Translations under genes and position numbers: made by a program
Shown: positions 41,840 to 54,440 of the stretch, one piece after another
Layout: the number at the start of each line of letters is the position of its first letter
Numbering within the stretch: position 1 is the stretch's first letter
Source of the DNA: Octopus vulgaris
Taxonomy: Eukaryota
Direction: 5' to 3'
Assembly: GCA_951406725.2 (NCBI GenBank)
Contig: OX597828.1
Coordinates: 34,286,001 to 34,350,000 of the forward strand
Length of the DNA: 64,000 bases
Notes under the pieces: generated by a model
What the model was told of the DNA's origin: nothing
Database searches by the model: none
The model's input: the letters and a program-made list of their open reading frames with translations, nothing else

Positions 41840-42040
41840 GTTACGGGCGTATGTCTAATTTGCTCTAGCAAATTTTGAGTTCAAATGTGAGCTAAGATCA
41901 CTTTGCAGTTCATCATTTCTGGTTTCTATCAAATAACTACCAATGAATAACTTAGATCGATATAATCAACTTACCCTGATATCACTCAAATTGCAAACCT
42001 TGCGCCAAAACATGAAATCACTATTTGTGAACTGGCATTA
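41840..42040 (+). mobile_element. Degenerate SINE family B 3' portion, forming the spacer between the inverted minisatellite arrays
   Basis: Aligns along its length with 46560-46755 and with the reverse complement of 48420-48620 (GAGTTCAAAT..CACTTTGC..TTCATC..AGATCGAT..AATCAAC..CCTTGCGC). Confidence 0.6.
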
Positions 42041-42308
42041 GGTTTTGTTCATGCTAAACGAATGAAATTGTTGCAAAGTTATGAATAAGGTATTAAGTTT
42101 GTGCTTGTGGAGAGTTGGTCGAATTTGCGTTAGTGGAAAGTTGCTCGGATTTGCACTAATGGAGAGTTTTTCAAATTTGCGTTAGTGGACAGTTGATTGA
42201 ATTTATACAAGTGAACAGTTGATCGGATTTTCACAAGTGGACAGTTGATCGAATTTGCTCTCTGTTATATCGTTCGTTCGGATGCCTTCTACTCAACTAG
42301 ACTCCTCT

Positions 42309-44240
42309 GATTCTTTATTTTGGCACTCTGGCCACTTAAGGCAGAGGGGACACTACAAGGACAGACACAACACCACAGTGGGGACAATAAACATATAACG
42401 AATGTATATGCATTATATAAAAATGTAAGATGAATGGCTGCATGGGCCCCACTCCTCATACAGTACCATTTGAACATTAGTACACACTGTTCTTACAATC
42501 ATGTTATATTGTCTGTTGTTTTTTCTTAATTGTCGTTTTTTTACTCTATTTCCTTCGAAGCACTTTTTTCCCTTCTTTTTTCCTTTTTTTAAACAAAAGT
42601 AACTTTACTTACTCTTTTCCCCTCCTTTTAATGCCTCATATAAGGCTCCAGATCTGTAAGTTTGATTACTGGTGGTAGTTCGTCGAACTCCACCAATACT
42701 CCTGCTGGGTAAATCCTACTTCCGCACATTTCTACGAGTCTCTTATAAGTCTCTTTATCGACCACAATGGCCTTGACGTTTTCTGAGTATGTGTCGCTGG
42801 GTAATTTTACTCTTATGATATTGTTTAAATTTTATAATTCTCTTTTCAACTTCCTTGTTTTTGGCATAAGTTACGAAATTCCACCTGTTCTTCCATCTTT
42901 TAGGTTTTCTCTTTTCTGTATTTTCCATCTCTCTTATTGTATATATCTGCTGAGTACTCTCTCCCTCTGGTTTTGACGTCGTCTCCTTCTCTGTCTCTAC
43001 TGTGAACAAGTTTTCCATCTCACCATCGTGTAGTTGCGCTTCAGAATCTTTCTCCTTCGCTAAATCCACTGACGTCTTCAACCTTGTTTCCTCCTGTAAT
43101 TCGTTCTCGCACACCTTACTAATTATTTTCCCACTTTCTTTCTCCACCATACTTTTGTCAGATTTCCTTCTCATCTCATCTTTCTTTTCCACCCCTTCTT
43201 TCTTCTTTTTCTGGTTAGCCGGTGGCGGGCTTACTCTTCCGCTTCTCCTTTTTCTTTCAACCAGCGTGAATCCCTCCTCCGCCGCTTTCTCTTCATTTCC
43301 CACCTATACTGCCCGTTCCACACCTTCTTGTGTCTCTTTCTGCTCTCTCTGTGGGCACCTCGCCTTCATGTGGCCTTTCTCTCCATATCCAAAGCATACA
43401 GGCGGCCTGCCTTCCACTTTAGTTCTCAGTGCAAAGCCGTCAAGCAGCACTATTTCTTCCACAATCCTAGTTAGATCGTCCACAGTTGCTTGGATAGTAA
43501 GTTCTATCCCATAGCCCCAGTAGTCAAGTTTATTGGTCCTTGTGGCCTTTAATATCTTGGCCCCGTCCTGCATGTTATACATTATGGCTGTCATGAGCCA
43601 TGCCTCTTCCAGTTCAGGGGGTATTTGTCCTATCCGTATTCTAGCCACGCATTTGCCACAGTACGACGGCAAAAGTATCCAATCCTCTGAGTGTATTGCC
43701 TCCGTTGCATGCTTATTTGCCTCCTCTTCCGATGTGAAGCGTACATTCACCGTGGCATACTTTCTTCCTCTCGTTCTAAAGACTATCAGCTTTTTTCATG
43801 TTCCCCAATACTTTTTCTATTTCCTCCACAGATGCAACCTTTATTTTTCTTGTCGCGATTCTCATTGTCTTGTAGGTGACAGTTCTCTTTACTATGCTGT
43901 CTGTCAGCTCAGCCGGAGGCGTCAACTTCAACGTCAGGCCCTCCTTCTCTAGCAGCTTCTCGCATTCCTTCATCTTTCTTGGTTCAACCTTGATCTCGTA
44001 GGTCTCTAATGTCTTCTCTTCTGTTCCTTTTCCAGTTGCGGCTGCATAACTATGGCCGCCCGCTGGCGCCGTCTCCATTTTCCTCAACGGGAAAAATCAA
44101 CACAATTAAATTTTACAACAAAAAATTCACAATAATAACAAACAGCAAAATTCAACAATTAATTTACGCACTACTCACAATAACACTCCGACTTCAATAA
44201 GTCCACTTCAAAAATAACGCCTATCAACTACAAAATCCGA
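42309..44240 (-). mobile_element. ORF1-only non-autonomous LINE-like element (HAL1-like)
   Basis: Flanked by a 19-bp direct repeat, TACTCAACT(AG/CA)ACTCCTCT (42290-42308, 44241-44259). It has a ~160-bp 5' UTR, one ORF, and a ~320-bp 3' UTR ending in a stem-loop plus AATAAAGAATC. Confidence 0.75.
42628..44078 (-). pseudogene. Disrupted gag-like LINE ORF1 (~480 aa) with zinc knuckle
   Basis: N-terminal SYAAA, then an RRM-like region (VNVRF..., RIRIGQIPPEL) and the knuckle GRPPVCFGYGEKGHMKARCP (second Cys mutated to Tyr). GFTLVERKRR follows. The C-terminus is ...ELPPVIKLTDLEPYMRH*. Lesions: a frameshift at ~43795, a stop at 43304, and at least one frameshift at ~42820-42900. Confidence 0.85.
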
Positions 44241-44850
44241 TACTCAACTCAACTCCTCTCTCATGTCTAGCCTTCCCCCTCTATATCTACGTATTGGACT
44301 AGCCTACTTCATCATCTGGGGGTGTCCACAAAACACTCTCGTGAACAGTTGATCGAATTTGCGCTAGTGGACAGTTGATCGAATTTTCGCTAGTAGACAA
44401 TTGATCGAATTTGCTTCAGTGGGCAGTTGACCGAATTTGCTTTACTGGACAGTTGATCGAATATACGCTAGTAAATTTGATCGAATTTGCGCTAGTACAG
44501 AGTTGATCGAATTTGTACATGTGGACAGTTTGATTGAATGTGCACAAGTGGACAGTTGATCGAATTTGATTTAATGGTAAGTAGATCGAATATGAGCTAT
44601 TGGACAGGTGAGTGAATTTGCGCTAGTGGACAGCAGATCGAATTTGCGCCAGAGGACAGTTGATCGAATTTGCGTTCGTGGGCAGTTGATCGAATTTGCT
44701 TTAGCGGACGATCGAATTTGCGCCAGCGGACAGTTGATCAAATATGAGCAAGTGGAAACTTGATCAAATTTGCGCTTGTGGACAGTTGATCGAATTTGTG
44801 CTCGTGGACAATTGTTCGAATTTACTCCAATGGACAGTTGATAGAAATTC

Positions 44851-45675
44851 CGTGAGTGAGCACCTGATGGTGAGCAGCATTAGAGTGAGGATTGGCGGAA
44901 GAAATATTAATAACCTTCGCTATGCAGATGATACAACCCTGCTGGAGGATCTTGTCCTGCTGGTCAAGAAAGAGAGTGAGAAATTTGGGCTGTACCTAAG
45001 TGTTAAGAAAACGAAGATCATGTCAACAGCAGCCACAACAAACATCAACATCAAGATCGATAATGAAGAGATCGAAGTGGTTGATGATTTCTTCTTCCTT
45101 GGCTCCAAAATAAATCGAGATGGTGACTGCACTCCAGAAATAAGACGGCGGATAGTACTAGGCAGAGAGGCAATGGTCAGCATGAGCAGGGTCTGGAAGA
45201 GTAGAGACATCAGACTCGCTACCAAATGCAGATTGGTGAATGCAATTGTCTTCTCAATAGCAACATATGTATGCGAGACCTGGACACTAAAGAAAGCTGA
45301 CCAGAAGAGAATTAATGCATTCGAGCTTTGGTGTTGGAGAAGACTTTTACGGATTCCATGGACAGCGAGGCTCACCAATGGAGAAGTTCTTAAGCAGATC
45401 GAAAATGTCGCTAGAAGCTAAGATCACCAAGCATAGATTGGCATATTTCGGTCATATTATGCGGAGAAAATCCTTGGAGAAGGACATCATGCTCGGAATG
45501 GTCAGTCGCAAGAGAGGAAGAGGCCGACTAAGAACCCGCTGGCTTGACATCATCAAGAGTGATACCGGAATGGACATAGCCAATCTGAAAGAAGCGGCCC
45601 AGGATAAAACTGACTGGAGGACACTGATCCAACGAGTAACCGAGAGTCGACTTCGATTGAGCGGATAGATAGATA
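44851..45675 (+). mobile_element. 5'-truncated RTE-clade (BovB-like) LINE, RT C-terminal half
   Basis: IGGRNINNLRYADDTTL, LSVKKTKIM, FFFLGSKI, ETWTLKK..RINAFELWCWRRLLRIPWTAR, YFGHIMR, RGRGR..RWLD. One frameshift near 45402. An (ATAG)n tail begins at the stop codon. Confidence 0.95.
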
Positions 45676-46359
45676 AGAGAGAGTGTCGAATTTGTTCAGA
45701 AATACAGTTGAACGAATTAGCTCAATTGGACAACTGTTCTACGCTGAAGGACATCTGATTGAATAAAATCTAATGGATAATTGATTGGATTTATTTATGT
45801 AGACACGTGAACAAATTTGTGTCAGAGGACAGTTGGTCGACTTTGCGCTTATGGACATTTTATCTAATTGGTTCACTTGGACAACTAATGGAATTTCCTC
45901 GAGTAGACCGCTGATCACGTTTGCCCAAGTGGATAGTTGATCGAATGTGCGCCAGCAAACAGTTGGTCAAACTCACCTTTGCCAACAATTTATTATTGAT
46001 TAGCGGGGCCCGTAAATATTTCACACTATTAATGGCAAACATATTGGGCAATTTCTGAAAACTTTATCGAAAAAACCTGAAACAATAATCTGCGTTGTGT
46101 CTGTATGGAATGATAGGTACTCATCTGCAACACATTGGGAAGTGAAGGAAACTGGAATACCATAATTACTTAATGCACTTTATATATACACTTTATATAC
46201 TTTATAATCACTTTAAATATACTCTATATATACACTTTGTGTACTTTATGCACAATTTTATAGTCATAATACACAGTACTCTCCCTCTTTCTCTCTCATT
46301 CTTCAACTTATCCACTTCTTATCTGTCCTTTTTCTTTCGCTCTTCGCCTTTCCTTTCCC

Positions 46360-46545
46360 TAATCACGTGAAAGCGTTACAGGCGGGCTAAGTAACGGAAG
46401 ATAAACTTAGTTTTAAAACTTTACGCATTTCACTCACCACAACCCCTCCCAATTCCTTCACAGCTCTCCCCCTCTCTCCTAGAACTAATCACATGGATGT
46501 GTTACGGACGGACTAAGTAACGGAGAATCAAGCAGAATTATTAAA
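46360..46545. repeat. Imperfect direct repeat CTAATCAC..GTTAC..G(G/A)CTAAGTAACGGA, two copies, possibly a non-autonomous Helitron/Helentron-type end
   Basis: Copies at ~46360 and ~46485. The family assignment is a guess. Confidence 0.3.
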
Positions 46546-46559
46546 AGTTTCATTATACT

Positions 46560-46755
46560 CTTACGGACTGTACATCTAATTTACTCTAGCATATTTTCAG
46601 TTCAAATTTCAGCCCAGTCCACTTTGCTTTTCATCCTTTCGAGTTTCAATAAAATAACCACCAATAACGTACTGAGATCGATACAATCAACCTGCTCCTA
46701 TCTCCCTCAAAATTACAAACCTTGCGCTATAGTATGAATTCAGTACTTGTGAATT
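46560..46755 (+). mobile_element. Degenerate SINE family B 3' portion
   Basis: Homologous to 41840-42040. Confidence 0.6.
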
Positions 46756-46756
46756 A

Positions 46757-47234
46757 GTGCTTGTGGACAGTTGATCGAATTTGCGCTTGTGGAAAATTCG
46801 ATCAACTGTCCAGTAGCGCAAATTTGATCAACTGTGCACGAGCGCATATTCGAGCAACTGTCTGCAAGCTCAAATTCAATCAACTGTCCATTAGTGCAAA
46901 TTCTATCAACTCTCCACCAGTTAAAATTTGATCAACTCTCCTCTAGCGCAAATTCGATCAACTGACCACAAACGCAAATTCGATTAACTGTCCACAAGCG
47001 CAAATTCGATTAACTGTCCACAAGCGCAAATTCGATCAACTCTCCACAAGTGCAATGTCCACTGGTGCAAATTTGATTAACTGTCCACAAGCGCAAATCC
47101 TATCAACTGTCCACTTACGCATATCCTATCAGCTTGTAAATTCGATCAACTTGTCACTAGTGCAAATTCGATGAACTGTCCACTAGTGCAAATGCGATCA
47201 ACTGTCTGCTAGTGCAAATTCGATCAACTGTCCA
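46757..47234. repeat. Second 26-bp minisatellite cluster: ~1.5 minus-strand units, then ~17 plus-strand units
   Basis: Orientation switches at 46783-46793. Confidence 0.92.
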
Positions 47235-47964
47235 ATCAAACACACGCGATCGTCTGCACAGTATAGCGATGGAATTCGAACTCAGAACTTTATTATCTAG
47301 AAGAAACGATGCTGAGTTATTTCGGTTTTTATTCGATTCAGCCTGCATAATAATAATTTTAATTGGTATTTCCATTCCATTTATGTTTTTATATTTTGCC
47401 GTCATCTTCAAATCTTTAAATTTCCCTCAAAATCTTTCCTTTTGCTTCTTCTTCGCCGATTTAAAATTAATTTTTGCCATCATTAAAAGATCGTGATCGC
47501 TGCCTCCGGAAACCATTAAACAGAAAACCCTGCCAGTTTTAATTCCACTTATATTTAACTGAACTCTTTTGCAAGACGGAATATAATCGATCGCCTTCTA
47601 GGTGAAAGCCATGCTCTTGTTTTTCTATGGTTTGTGCAGCGATGTATCGTATTTGCTATAATTTGTTTGTGCGGTTTTGAAAATTCAAATAATCTTACTA
47701 GTCAGTCACCTTGAATTATAAGTGTGTCATTTGATTTCGTTTTCCATTGTTTCTTTGTAGATCTTAGAATTTCTCCATTTCTTCGCTTATTGAAGCATGA
47801 ACTTGGATGATTACGATTTCGTATTGTCTAGCAGCCAGTCTTATTCTCCTGGAAATTGGTGTCAAATCTACCCCAGACTTTAAAGCACTACAAAACATTT
47901 TTATATTTACATTCTTCTCTCCTAAATCATATTTTGTCACTTAATTTCGCTATTATTTTTTTTA

Positions 47965-48151
47965 TACTTGTTTCAGTCATTTCAACTACAGGCCATGCTG
48001 GAGCACCGCGTTGTGCGTTAATCGAACAAGTCGACACTAGTATTTATTTCAATTCTGGTGCTTATTTCATCAGTCTGTTTTACCGCACTAGTTGCGAGTA
48101 CGTAACCAAACCAATACTGGTTGTCAAGCGGTACGAGGACAAACACAACAA

Positions 48152-48222
<71 letters not shown>

Positions 48223-48387
48223 ACAAGCTTCTTACAGTTTCCATCTACCAAATCCACTCACAAGGCATTGGTCAACGTAGATCTAATTGAGAAGACTCTA
48301 TCCCCCACGATACAGGGCAGTGGGACTGAAACCGAAACCATAGGATTATGACGCAAATTTCTTCATTACATAGACATACCTGCGCCT
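47965..48387 (-). mobile_element. Diverged SINE family A with internal (CA)n
   Basis: TTGTTTCAGTCATT..GGCCATGCTGGAGCACCGC..TCTACCAAATCCACTCACAAGGC..GCAGTGGGACTGAA..CCTGCGCC. Confidence 0.85.
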
Positions 48388-48419
48388 ACCTGCCGCAAGT
48401 TCTCCATATTTTGTCCATT

Positions 48420-48675
48420 TAGTTTCTGGCACAAGGCCGGCAATATTTTATCAACTGTCCATTTAAGCAAATTCGTTCAACTGTCCACTAGCGCAAATTC
48501 GATCTAGGAAGGAGCAAGTCGATTAGATCGACCCCAGTGATCAACTGATCCTTATTTTTTTGGCCTCGAAAGGATTGAAAGGCAAAGTAGACCCCGGCGG
48601 CATTTGAAATCAGAACGATATACTGCTAATCATTTTGCCAGGCGTAGTAACGATTTTCCCAACTCGCTACCTTAT
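48420..48675 (-). mobile_element. SINE family B carrying two 26-bp minisatellite units (48450-48504) near its 3' end
   Basis: GGCACAAGGCCGGCAA..[ATCAACTGTCCA..AAATTCGTTCAACTGTCCACTAGCGCAAATTCGATC]..AGTCGATTAGATCGACCCCAGT..GAAAGGCAAAGT..ATTTGAAATCAGAACG. Confidence 0.7.
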
Positions 48676-48687
48676 AAAAAGCGAGAT

Positions 48688-48732
48688 GCTTACAACACCT
48701 AGGTTCCCCAAGTGGTTACCCAACGCACTTCT
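48688..48732 (-). pseudogene. Degenerate fragment resembling the 3' half of 5S rRNA
   Basis: GCTTACAACACCTAGGTTCCCCAAGTGGTTACCCA aligns without gaps, at roughly 70-75% by eye, to the reverse complement of metazoan 5S as I recall it (GCTTACAGCACCCGGTATTCCCAGGCGGTCACCCA). Confidence 0.45.
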
Positions 48733-49231
48733 TATACTGATAAAGTGTTCAAGTAGGTGGAAGAAGCACTCGGACCTTTCTTGTTCTGCTAGCTGAGATA
48801 ACATTATCAGAACATCGTTGATTTTTAGCTGGTGTCGCAGTCGTCGGGATTACGACGTAAAACTCCCCTTTATTGTGGCAGCGACATTAGTGGTGGATGT
48901 TGTTATTATTATCATTATCGTTGTTCAGCTCTGATCAAAATTATTCCAGTCATGACCATCCTGTCTTTCAAAATAACTTTATTCTGCAAAGTAAACGCTG
49001 CGTGTATTATTCTACGTCTGCAGATTTAAACCTAAACAAATTACGATTAAGAACTGTGTCTTTATTTCAAAATTGTAGAAATCTTCATCCAGTTCTCTTT
49101 TGTCAATGAAGGCAAAATATAAGGAATCGCCCGACTCCACAGACTGACCTGTGGATCATAATCAGCAAGAAAATTCTATGGTTTTGATAAAGTCACGAAT
49201 GAGAAATAGGACAAAATAGAAGGCACTCGGC

Positions 49232-49932
<701 letters not shown>

Positions 49933-49951
49933 ATATATACGTATATATACG

Positions 49952-49982
<31 letters not shown>

Positions 49983-50005
49983 GTATATATATACGTATAT
50001 ATATA

Positions 50006-50051
<46 letters not shown>

Positions 50052-50074
50052 TATACGTATATATATATATATAC

Positions 50075-50129
<55 letters not shown>

Positions 50130-50871
50130 CGTATATATATGTATATATATGTACACACACACACATATATATTCACCCAAGCTACCCTTATTTGCCACAA
50201 CAAAAGATGTAAAAGATTTTATTTTGTGCTGACTCAAAAGATCCTCGTACTTTCTTTTCTTTTTCCTTCTCACTCTCATGATGCATCCTCCTCCTCCTCC
50301 TCCTCCTCCTCCTCATAATAATAATCATCATTATCATAATCTTTATCATTTTTTTCCAAACTTTTCCGCCTTGTACACGCCTACCCACCCACTTACGTAT
50401 CTACATAGCTACTTACCTACCTACCTACCAACCTACCCACACACCCACCTACCCACCCACCTACCTACCCACCTGACTACTTACCTAACTGTAATCGCTC
50501 TGTTTCTCTCTCTCTCTCTCTCTCACTCATCTCTCCCTCCCCTCCTTGGATACTAACAATTGACAAAGCCGAAAATACTCATATAGGAACAAACAACCAC
50601 CCCCCAAAAAACACAAACAAAAACTCCACAAAAATACGAAAACCGAAGATCAATTGAAGAATGCATGCGATTAACCCAGTTCAGTACATTGTAAGTTCGA
50701 ATCCGCGTTGGGGCAGTTTGACCCAAGAGCAATTAATATTCAACTGCTGCCCTCTCTTTTGTTTTGTCTTCCCCCACACTCTATCTATACAGATCTCTCT
50801 CTATTTATTGCAACTGTTGTTGTTGTTGTTATTATTGTTGGTGTTATTATTATTACTATTACTATTATTTA

Positions 50872-50938
<67 letters not shown>

Positions 50939-51107
50939 TGTTATTGACCTTTCAGAAGACGGTTTCACTAAGAGAATAATAGACTTAAATATTACCGTCC
51001 AATATGGATGTAGATATGTATGTATGTGTATGTGTGTGTATGTGTGTGTGTGTGAGTGCATGTGTTTGTATATATATATATATAAACAAATACATATATG
51101 TAATCCA

Positions 51108-51200
<93 letters not shown>

Positions 51201-51229
51201 GCCTATCAATCTATCTATCCAGCTAGCTA

Positions 51230-51263
<34 letters not shown>

Positions 51264-51380
51264 TGTATAGATAAGTATATATTTATACATACATACTTAC
51301 ATAGATACATATATGTTTAATATACATGCATAAATCCATCCATACATAATGATTAACAACAGGAACATACGTACACACAA

Positions 51381-51442
<62 letters not shown>

Positions 51443-51741
51443 TCATATATATATATGTATATTTGTGTATATATGTATATATGTATATACATATATATAT
51501 CTATATAGATATGTATATATGTGTGTGCGCGCGTGCTCGTGTATGTATGTGTGTGTGTTGTAGTGGAGGTGATGGTGGCGGCTGTGCGGTGTCGTATGTT
51601 GAAAGTTGGTGAAACAATCGGATTTCTTGTATTCCTCTGGTGCTGCTAAAACGTCTTCTGCTGTTTTATTTTGGTTTCTTGTTGAAGATCTGTTTGTTTC
51701 CCTATTGTGAATGTTCCTCCTCCTCCTCCTCCTCCTCCTCC

Positions 51742-51802
<61 letters not shown>

Positions 51803-51952
51803 TATCATCATCATCATCATCATCATCATCATTATCCTCCACCTCATCATCATCATCATCGTCATCGTCATGCTCATAATCATCATCATTTTCTTCGATA
51901 ACACAACTACCGCCATCCCCTACTACTGCTACTGCTACTGCTGCTGCTACTG

Positions 51953-52015
<63 letters not shown>

Positions 52016-52184
52016 AACCGTTTGTATTCAGTAGTCAGTGTGAAGGTTCGCCAAAAATGCTTACAGTCACAATCCTCCGCTCGACACTCACTTGTACACG
52101 CGCGTACATGCACATACACACACACACACACATATATATTCATACACACACACACACACCAACACTAAAGGAAGTCAAGAGAAA

Positions 52185-52242
<58 letters not shown>

Positions 52243-52308
52243 GAGAGAGAAAATAGGGATTGAGATAGAGATGTATAGATAAATAGCTAGACAGAGAGAT
52301 AGATAAAT

Positions 52309-52345
<37 letters not shown>

Positions 52346-52370
52346 GGGAGAGGGAGAGAAAGAGGGAGAA
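49933..52370. repeat. Microsatellite mosaic: (TA)n, (TCC)n, (CTAC)n, (ATT)n, (TATC)n, (CAT)n, (TAC)n, (CA)n, (GA)n with short unique islands
   Basis: Direct reading. Confidence 0.95.
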
Positions 52371-52394
52371 CACTTATTTCAAAAATCATTTATT

Positions 52395-52525
52395 CGCCAT
52401 TGCAACAATGGTGAGAAGCCATAGCTATATTCAAATGAACTTCCGGTAGTGACAGGAAGTCACTTTTATCATTTTTTTTTCTCTCTCTTGCTTCTCCTAT
52501 TCTCCTCTTTTCTCTGTGATTGGTT
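52395..52525. promoter_or_regulatory. Candidate cis-regulatory cluster (YY1/SOX-like, two ETS, CCAAT)
   Basis: CGCCATTG and AACAATGG (52395-52411), ACTTCCGG (52439-46), CAGGAAGT (52453-60), GATTGG (52518-23). Motif matches only. Confidence 0.25.
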
Positions 52526-52730
52526 CTACATACACCTCGTCATTGTTCATATATTCACTTTTTAATTAGTTACCGTTCCTGTTAGACTGCATTTCTGTAC
52601 ATTTTCAGTAATATTACAAGTTAGATGACTAGTTTCTTCTAATAACACCGCGAAGCCTAAAAATAACTCTTTCTGAAGCTTTTATTAGTAGCAAAAAAAA
52701 TATGTCACAGGAGGACAACGGAGGAATATC

Positions 52731-53167
52731 TTTACTCTCTTTACTCTTTTACTCTTTTTACTTGTTTCAGTCATTTTGACTGCGGCCATGCTGGAGCACC
52801 GCCTTTTAGTCGAGCAAATCGACCCCGGGAATTATTCTTTGTAAGCCCAGTACTTATTCTATCGGTCTCTTTTGCCGAACCGCTAAGTGACGGGGACGTA
52901 AACACACCAGCATCGGTTGTCAAGCAATGCTAGGGGGACAACCACAACCACAGACACACAAACACACACATACATATACATATATACATATATACATATA
53001 TACGACAGGATTCTTTTCAGTTTCCGTCTACCATATCCACTCACAAGGCATTGGTCGGCCCGGGGCTATAGAAGAAGACACTTGCCCAAGGTGCCACGCA
53101 GTGGGACTGAACCCGGAACCATGTGGTTGATTAGCAAGCTACTTACCACACAGCCACTCCTGCGCCT
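52731..53167 (-). mobile_element. tRNA-derived SINE family A, full length
   Basis: Reverse complement of the 49512 copy, including the (ACTCTTTT)n tail. Confidence 0.93.
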
Positions 53168-53420
53168 ATACAAAAATAGAAAACACACACACACACATCG
53201 CGGTCACGCTTGCTCCTCATCAGCTATTGACCAAAAGTCACCACAATTTCGACGCCTTATCGATAATATTGATCGATTTGGTGGAGTCAAAAGGACAGAA
53301 TGAGACAAATTAAAAAGACGAACGGTAAAAAGGGAGGAATTTTTTTTATTACAATGGGAAAATATATAAAACGATAAACTAAAAAAAAGCAAAAAAACAG
53401 TAACGAAAAATAAACATACG

Positions 53421-53584
53421 TGCAGGAGTGGCTGTGCGGTAAGAAGCTTGCTCCCCAAACCACATAGTTTCGGGTTCAGTCCCACTGCGTGGCATCTTGG
53501 GCAAGTGTCTTCTACTATAGCCTTGGGCCGACCAAAGCCTTGTGAGTGGATTTGGTAGATGGAAACTGAAAGAAACCCGTCGTA
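53421..53584 (+). mobile_element. 5' half of SINE family A
   Basis: GCAGGAGTGGCTGTGCGG..GGGTTCAGTCCCACTGCG..GAAACTGAAAGAAACCCGTCGTA, then (TA)n. Confidence 0.9.
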
Positions 53585-53588
53585 TGTA

Positions 53589-53648
<60 letters not shown>

Positions 53649-53770
53649 TATATATAAATAGATGAGTGTATTTTTACCTTGTTAACAATTAACACGGAAA
53701 AATAAATAAATAGTTACCAAGGCACCAAAAATCTCACAAGTAAAGATGTTGTAACTCCTTGTTTATAAAG

Positions 53771-54440
<670 letters not shown>

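Larger units (their letters stand above)
42263..44335. mobile_element. Short (~122 bp) solo-LTR/TRIM-like element split by a nested insertion
   Basis: Starts TGTT and ends AACA, flanked by a 5-bp TSD CTCTC (42258-62, 44336-40). Removing it restores one minisatellite unit, GAATTT-GCTCTC-GTGAAC. Confidence 0.7.
42100..45985 (-). repeat. Inverted arm of the 26-bp minisatellite: units at 42100-42257, 44341-44847 and degenerate 45686-45985, interrupted by insertions
   Basis: GTGGACAGTTGATCGAATTT units flank both insertions. Confidence 0.9.

Noticed and set aside
43002-43952. Plus-strand ORFs of 139-170 aa
   Set aside because: Antisense shadows of the gag-like ORF1.
47240-47700. Unique CpG-containing stretch as a possible host exon
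   Set aside because: No recognisable domain and no convincing splice-bounded open frame.
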